NCBI GenBank assembly: GCA_965216645.1
Contig: CBDCGJ010000070.1
Location: forward strand, 1-64,000
Direction of reading: 5' to 3'
DNA length: 64,000 bases
Origin: Alphaproteobacteria bacterium
GTDB taxonomy: Bacteria; Pseudomonadota; Alphaproteobacteria; GCA-2731375
Part shown: positions 58,293-64,000 of the stretch, in pieces
Numbering within the stretch: the stretch's first letter is position 1
How the letters are laid out: each line of letters starts with the position of its first letter
The notes under the pieces: model-generated
Seen by the model: the letters and a program-made list of their open reading frames with translations, nothing else
The model's database searches: none
Told to the model about the DNA's origin: nothing
Translations under genes and position numbers: made by a program

Positions 58293-58724
58293 TTAAAGCC
58301 CGGGCTGCAATTCCTGCAATCGGGGACGGCGGTCTTCCTCGCGCAGTTCGCCGGACAGAAAACGCCGCCAATAGTCGACGCGGTCGAGCAGGCTCTCGGG
58401 CGACCCTTCCTTGACCAGATAGTCGTCGGCGCCGGCATCCGTGCAACGCTGCAACGTATCGGCGTCGTCCAACGCGGTAAGGAACAGGATCGGCACGTCC
58501 GGATGGTGGCGATGTCTGACCTCACGGCAGAGCGACAAACCGTCCATGCGTGGCATCATCACATCGATCACCAACATGTCGTGCTCGTCCGCCGCGACCT
58601 TTTCCAGCGCCTCGATACCGTCCGTTGCGACGGTCACCAGATAGCCCTCGAGAGCGAGAACATGCGCATAGATTTTACGAAGTACGGGGTCGTCTTCCGC
58701 CAATAAGATTCGTTTCAGGGCCAT
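58293..58724 (-). CDS. single-domain response regulator (CheY-like receiver)
   Basis: LLAEDDPVLRKI...LVIDVMMPRMDG...DDYLVK, with the phospho-accepting Asp in LVIDVMMP. Confidence 0.75.
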   Translation of the reverse strand: MALKRILLAEDDPVLRKIYAHVLALEGYLVTVATDGIEALEKVAADEHDMLVIDVMMPRMDGLSLCREVRHRHHPDVPILFLTALDDADTLQRCTDAGADDYLVKEGSPESLLDRVDYWRRFLSGELREEDRRPRLQELQPGL

Positions 58725-59304
58725 GGCCTACCTGGATTGTCCGAACGTTCCGGTCTGTTTTACCCGGCGACGTTCTTATTGGCCAACTCAGCCGCGGCCA
58801 CCGCCCCCGGGTTTAGTCATTTGTAGCAATATCGGTGAACTGTCGCACAATCTGCCCGAGACTTGAAGACGTTTGTTCCGCTTCCGCCGATTGGCGGCCG
58901 TCCTGCTCCTGCAAGAGCAGGATGTTGTCGCCGTTCAACAGCGGACTGGGTAAGCCAAGGCTATGTGGTGTGGCTTGCGGTAAATCCGCGCTGTCTCGGG
59001 ATTTGGGCATGTTTTCCGATTGCGATTGCGAGTCGCGCCATGCCGTCGAGGCGATCGGCGTCACCGCAAAATGGGCCCGGGCGGAAGAATTGCCCAGACT
59101 TTGAACGGATGAACTCGGGATGGCAAACATGCTCGAACCACTTGCTATCTATTTCACGCCCGCCCCACATACGCGTATCTCGGGCGGCGTTTGGTTACTC
59201 AATGTTCACCATTTTACCGGTCGTTAACCGCAATTCAGCAGAAATCGTCTGTAATTTTAGATGAATTGTAGGCGAACCAGCCCCCTTCCCTTACTCTCCG
59301 GGCC

Positions 59305-60303
59305 ATGGTGAAACTCAGCGTCCTCGACCAAAGTCCGATCCGCCAGGGCGGCAGCCCCGCGCAGGCAATCGCGGAAACCCTTGAATTGGCGCGCTTTTGC
59401 GACGACCTGGGGTACCATCGCTACTGGCTCGCGGAGCATCATAATTCGCGGGCCCTGGCCGGTACGGCACCGGAAATCCTGATCGGCCGGGTCGCCGGTT
59501 TGACGGAGAACATCCGCGTCGGCTCCGGCGGAGTGATGCTGTCCCACTATTCGCCATTGAAAGTGGCGGAGAGTTTTCGTGTCCTGGAAACGCTCTATCC
59601 GGGCCGCATCGATCTCGGTATCGGCCGCGCGCCGGGCAGCGATTATCAGACCATGCAAGCGCTCGCCGCCGGGCCCGGCAGTCTGTCGGTCGAGTATTTT
59701 CCGCATCAGGTCAATAGTTTGATCGAGTTTCTGCACGACCAGGTTCCCGCTGGTCACGCCTTCGAACGCATTCACGCCGAGCCGACAGGACCGGGCGCGC
59801 CCGAGTTTTGGCTGCTGGGCTCCAGCGATCAGAGCGCGCAACTGGCCGCCTATTTCGGCACGCCCTTCTCCTTCGCCCATTTCATCACCGCCCATGGCGG
59901 CGTCGCGGCGATGCAGATGTACCGCGAGAACTTTCGACCGACCCCTCGGCGGGATAAACCGCAAGGCAGTATCGGTATCTTCGCGATCTGCGCGGAAACC
60001 CAGGAAGCCGCCGAATATCACGCCATCAGCCGCCAGGAATTCATTCTGTCTTTGCGTCAGGGCAATCCGCAGCCCGTCGCGCCGCCGGAAGACGTGATAT
60101 CGAAAGACTATTCCGTGCATGAACGTGCCATCATCGCCGAGGCCATGGAGCGGGCGATCGTCGGCGATCCGGATCACGTGAAGGCGCGCATAGAAGAGCT
60201 GTTGGCGGCCTACGAGGTCGACGAAGCGGTGATCGTCACCATCACCTACGATTTTGAGGCCCGCAAACGCTCCTATGCCCTAATCGCCGACGCCATGCTA
60301 TAA
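59305..60303 (+). CDS. LLM-class flavin-dependent oxidoreductase (MsnO8/YhbW-like)
   Basis: MVKLSVLDQSPI...RYWLAEHHNS...is the typical N-terminus of this LLM subfamily. Confidence 0.7.
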   Translation: MVKLSVLDQSPIRQGGSPAQAIAETLELARFCDDLGYHRYWLAEHHNSRALAGTAPEILIGRVAGLTENIRVGSGGVMLSHYSPLKVAESFRVLETLYPGRIDLGIGRAPGSDYQTMQALAAGPGSLSVEYFPHQVNSLIEFLHDQVPAGHAFERIHAEPTGPGAPEFWLLGSSDQSAQLAAYFGTPFSFAHFITAHGGVAAMQMYRENFRPTPRRDKPQGSIGIFAICAETQEAAEYHAISRQEFILSLRQGNPQPVAPPEDVISKDYSVHERAIIAEAMERAIVGDPDHVKARIEELLAAYEVDEAVIVTITYDFEARKRSYALIADAML

Positions 60304-60310
60304 GTAACTG

Positions 60311-61300
60311 ATGAATGCCAAGGGAACCGAGTTTCGCGAGGATCGGCGCGCGATCAGCGGTCAATTGCCGGCGCCGCTCCTTAAGGAACTCAATGTGATC
60401 AATGACCTGCGAGCCGCTTTGTCGGTGCTGGAAACCCTGGGGGTCCTCGCGATTTGCCTCGGCCGCCGCGCTCTATTGGTGGACGCCTTGGGTGGTCGTC
60501 CCGGCGATCCTGCTGATCGCCACGCGCCAGCAGGCCTGTTTCGTCCTCGCCCATGACGCGGCCCATTACCGCCTGTTCCGTGCCCGCTGGCTCAACGATC
60601 TGGTTGGCGGCTTCGTCGCCACCATCGTCGGCATTTCCATGCGCACCTATCGGGTCGTGCATCGCCTGCATCACAATCATCTTTACGAGGCACGCGATCC
60701 CGACATCCCGCTCCATGGCGGCTATCCGCGCGGGCGCGGGTATCTGTTGAAGAAGCTGGCCAAGGACCTGACGGGCCTGACCGCTTACAAGACCTACAGC
60801 TATTTCTTCGGTGCACCGGCGATCAACGACGATGCCGAAGGCACCAAGAGGCCGCTGGACGATACCCTCGCCGGCATTGCGCCTTGGCGGCGCGGCGCGA
60901 TCGGTGGCTGGTCGTCGGCTTCCACGTCGTGGCCCCACTGTTCGCCTATGTCGGCGGCTATCTTCTGGAATATCTCTCCTGTTGTGGATCTTACCGCTGG
61001 TCACGCTGCTGCAGGCGCTCCTGCGCTTCCGGGCGATTTGCGAGCATGGCGCGGTGGCGGACCAAAACTCACCGCTAAAAGCCGCCAGAAACCAATATCT
61101 GGCCCGCGCCTCTGGGTTGGCTGATCTTTCCCCACCAAGTGAACTATCATATCGAGCACCACCTCTACCCGGCCGTGCCCCATTACAATTTGCCGCGCTG
61201 CCACCGCGAGATGCGGGCAAGAGGCCTGCTCGACGGAGCGGAAGTCTCAGGTGTCCGGCGAACGGTCGGTCTGATCTTCGCCGAACCAGCACTACAATAG
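60311..61300 (+). pseudogene. membrane fatty-acid desaturase family gene disrupted by about four frameshifts
   Basis: All three His boxes are present but in different frames: HDAAH (frame of the 60402 ORF), HRLHHNH, and HIEHHLYPAVPHYNL (61139..61300). N-terminal and middle segments lie in two further frames (60311 and 60811 ORFs). Confidence 0.55.
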
Positions 61301-62690
61301 AAAACCAGGCGGCCAATCCCAGAAACGAAAAGAAGCCGACGACATCGGTGATCGTGGTCAACACTACGGTGGCGGCGATGGCCGGGTCGAGCCCGAGCCG
61401 GGCCAAGCCGATCGGCACCAGGGCGCCGGCCAGCCCGGCAACAATCATATTGACCACCATCGCCGCCGCGATCACCATGCCCAGCACCGGGCCGGAGAAC
61501 CAAAAGGCGGCGATCAAACCGACCAGAAGCGCGAACAAAACGCCGTTGAAGGCGCCGACGATCAACTCCTTCATCACGGTTCGATAAGCGTTGGCGGAGG
61601 TCAAGTCATGGGTCGCCAAGGCCCGCACCGCGACAGTCAGGGTTTGCGTACCGGCATTCCCGCCCATGGAGGCGACGATGGGCATCAGGATGGCCAACGC
61701 GACGATCTGTTGGATCGTCGCGTCGAATTGGGCGATGACGATGGAAGCGAGAACCGCCGTCACCAAATTGAGCAGCAGCCAGGTGAAGCGATTCCGCGCC
61801 GTGCGTAGGATCGGCAGCAGCAAATCGCTTTCGCTGGCGACGCCGCCCAGGCGCATGATGTCTTCCTCCGTCTCCTCCTCGATCACCTCCGCCACATCGT
61901 CGAAGGTGATGACGCCGAGCAGGCGCCCGGAATCGTCGACCCACCGGCGCCGAGGCGAGATCGTATTGCCGGAACAGATAAGCCACCTCTTCCTGATCCA
62001 TATCGACCGGGATCGGCGTCGTCTCCTCTTCCATGATCTCGCGCATCAAACATGGGCCGTTTCGAGCGCATGGCCCGGTTTAGCGGGACGTAGCCGATCG
62101 GGTGATGGCGCGGATCGACGACGACGATTTCGTAGAAATCCTCCGGCAAGTCGTCATTGTCGCGGCAATAGTCGATGACCTGGCCGACGGTCCAATAGGC
62201 CGGAACGGCGATCACTTCCCGCTGCATTAAGCGACCGGCACTATCCTCCGGATAGGCCAACCCCTCCTCCACCGCGGCGCGGTCCGGCGCCGGCACCAGG
62301 GGACAGCACCGCATCGCGCTGACGGTCGTCCAAACTGTCGAGAATATAGACGCCGTCGTCGGTATCCATGTCGGCGATGGCGGTGGAGATACGCTCCGCG
62401 GGCAAAAGCGGCAGCACCTCTTCCAGCACCGCTTCGCCCAGCTCGATCAACACTTCCGCGTCGAAGCCCGTCACGCCACAGCGTGACGAATTCGGCGCGG
62501 TCGTCCCGCGGGAGCATTTCGATTAGATCGGCGATATCCGCGATATGCAGATCGGCCAACAAACGCTCGAGTTCGCCTTCGCTTTGCGACGCGATGGCGG
62601 ACTGAACCGCCCCGCAGCAGCGCCCGGTCGACGCTATAGACGTCCTCCAGCGGTGCCGGCGGACCGCTGTTCTCGGCCGCCTCGCTCATC
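61300..62690 (-). pseudogene. mgtE: magnesium transporter mgtE disrupted by several frameshifts
   Basis: The MgtE N-domain (IADLIEMLPRDDRAEFV; AIADMDTDDGVYILDSLDDRQRDAV), the CBS pair (YWTVGQVIDYCRD...VVVDPRHHPIGYV) and the TM domain (MPIVASMGGNAGTQ...VVNMIVAGLAGALVPIGL) occur in four different minus-strand frames. The 3' end reads antisense through the desaturase gene. Confidence 0.55.
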
Positions 62691-64000
62691 AATCGGCCGC
62701 CTCGCGCAGGCGGCGTTGGTGGGCCTGGGCGTCGACGGTGGCGATCGCCGTCATGTTGACGAGACCGCGTACGGTGATCGACTGACTGACGATATGGGCC
62801 GGTAGCGCGATGCCGATCAGCATCGGCCCGACGGAAATTCCGTTGGCCAGGACCCGTGCCAGGTTGAAGGAGATATTGGCGGCGTCGAGCGAAGGCATGA
62901 CCAGGAGGTTGGCCGGCCCCTCCAGTTCGCAATGATCGAGAATGAGTGGCCGCAGATGCGGTTCCATGGCCGTGTCCGCGCGCATTTCTCCATCGACTTC
63001 CAACTCGGGCGCCTGCTGTTTGAGCAAGTCTCGCGCCCGCCGCATCTTGCGGGCGCTCGCCGTATCGTCGGCGCCGAAATCCACATGGCTAAGCAGGGCC
63101 ACTTTCGGCTCGATACCGAAGCGGCGGATATGAACCGCCGCCAGCAGCGTCATCTCGGCGATCTGTTCCGCCGTGGGGTCATAGGTCGCGGCGGTATCGC
63201 AGATGAAGACGGAGCCCCGATCCGTGATCATCATTTCCAATGCGGATACGTCGGAGACATCGTCGGCCAAACCGATGACGTCCTGCACGTGATGCAGATG
63301 GGCATTGTAGCCGCCGACGGCGCCGCAAATCAGCGCGTCGGCGTCTCCCATGGCCACCATCATGGCGCCGATCAGGGTCGGCCGCGACGCCATCAGGACG
63401 CGCGCCCGGTTCGGCGACACTCCGTGGCGCCCCATGATGCGGTGATATTCCGCCACATAGCGTTCGTATTGCGGATAGTAGGCGCGGTCGAGCAATTCGA
63501 CATCCTCGCCGATCCGTATTCTCAACCCGAGTTCCTTGATCCGCTGCTCGACCAGACTGCGTTGGCCGACCAGAATCGGCCGCGCCAACCCGTCGTCGAG
63601 CGCGATCTGCACCGCCTGCAGAACCCGGCTGTCGCTGCCTTCCGTATAGACGATCCGCATGGGCTGTTCCCGCGCCCGGTCGAACAGCGGCTTCATGGCA
63701 AAGCCGGTGCGGTAGACAATGCCCGTTAGGCTCTCCACATAGGCGTCCAAATCTTCCCGGGGCCGGCTGGCGACACCGCTGTCCATCGCCGCCTTCGCCA
63801 CCGCCGGCGCGACCGAGGTGATCAGACGCGGATCGAACGGCTTCGGGATCAGATATTCCGGTCCGAAGGCCAGATCCTCGCCGCGATAGGCCTTGGCGAC
63901 GATATCCGAAGACTCGGCCATGGCCAGCTCGGCGATGGCCTCGGCCGCCGCGATCTTCATTTCCTCATTGATTGTTGTGGCCCCGACGTCGAGCGCGCCG
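62689..64000 (-). CDS. maeB: NADP-dependent malic enzyme (C-terminal PTA-like domain and part of the malic-enzyme domain; 5' end outside the window)
   Basis: The in-frame sequence continues past the window edge (...GALDVGATTINEEMKIAAAEAIAELA...), matching the MaeB junction region. The PTA-like domain has GAVGGYNAHL...SHVDFG. Confidence 0.8.
   Translation of the reverse strand, partial: GALDVGATTINEEMKIAAAEAIAELAMAESSDIVAKAYRGEDLAFGPEYLIPKPFDPRLITSVAPAVAKAAMDSGVASRPREDLDAYVESLTGIVYRTGFAMKPLFDRAREQPMRIVYTEGSDSRVLQAVQIALDDGLARPILVGQRSLVEQRIKELGLRIRIGEDVELLDRAYYPQYERYVAEYHRIMGRHGVSPNRARVLMASRPTLIGAMMVAMGDADALICGAVGGYNAHLHHVQDVIGLADDVSDVSALEMMITDRGSVFICDTAATYDPTAEQIAEMTLLAAVHIRRFGIEPKVALLSHVDFGADDTASARKMRRARDLLKQQAPELEVDGEMRADTAMEPHLRPLILDHCELEGPANLLVMPSLDAANISFNLARVLANGISVGPMLIGIALPAHIVSQSITVRGLVNMTAIATVDAQAHQRRLREAAD

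Noticed and set aside
60399-61895. 498-aa minus-strand ORF taken as one intact gene
   Set aside because: Only its first ~200 aa (the MgtE TM domain) are homologous to anything; the remainder is an antisense read through the desaturase pseudogene.

Overview
This is a high-GC (~65%) chromosomal segment that looks alphaproteobacterial (clpS-clpA, phasin, cytochrome c', DUF1489, REP-targeting IS110 elements). I can support about 60 coding regions.

Main gene content: the 5' end of a LolD/MacB-type ABC ATPase; a flavin-enzyme set (PPOX-like protein, flavin reductase, three LLM-class oxidoreductases); four tandem signal-peptide proteins lying in an AT-rich patch, three of which are clear paralogues; an amidase/AtzH-like pair; two PPK2 paralogues flanking two c-type cytochromes; an ectoine-hydroxylase-like dioxygenase; an RND permease plus adaptor; RidA; a Fe-S oxidoreductase; a GGDEF-EAL protein; a cluster of LLM oxidoreductase, TPR-PCP-thioesterase fusion, stand-alone adenylating enzyme, Baeyer-Villiger-type monooxygenase and esterase; map, clpS/clpA, phasin, a DD-carboxypeptidase-SPOR protein, an MFS transporter, algC/ugd/galU, a DjlA-like J-protein with a VWA protein and DUF3179; a leucine-catabolism block (Leu dehydrogenase, MccA/MccB-like carboxylase); a response regulator; and the partial 3' end of maeB.

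Accessory and anomalous content: three copies (two full, one 5'-truncated) of one IS110-family element, each inserted after the same REP-like hairpin motif; two 48-bp palindromes; a ~170-bp iteron-like repeat element (three direct and one inverted 20-mer around an AT-rich loop), which lies next to a truncated Thg1-like gene remnant and to two tRNA-derived fragments that share one acceptor-stem identity; and a ~2.4-kb patch where a convergent fatty-acid-desaturase gene and an mgtE gene are each broken by several frameshifts. Several long ORFs in the provided track are GC-rich antisense artefacts and are not annotated as genes.
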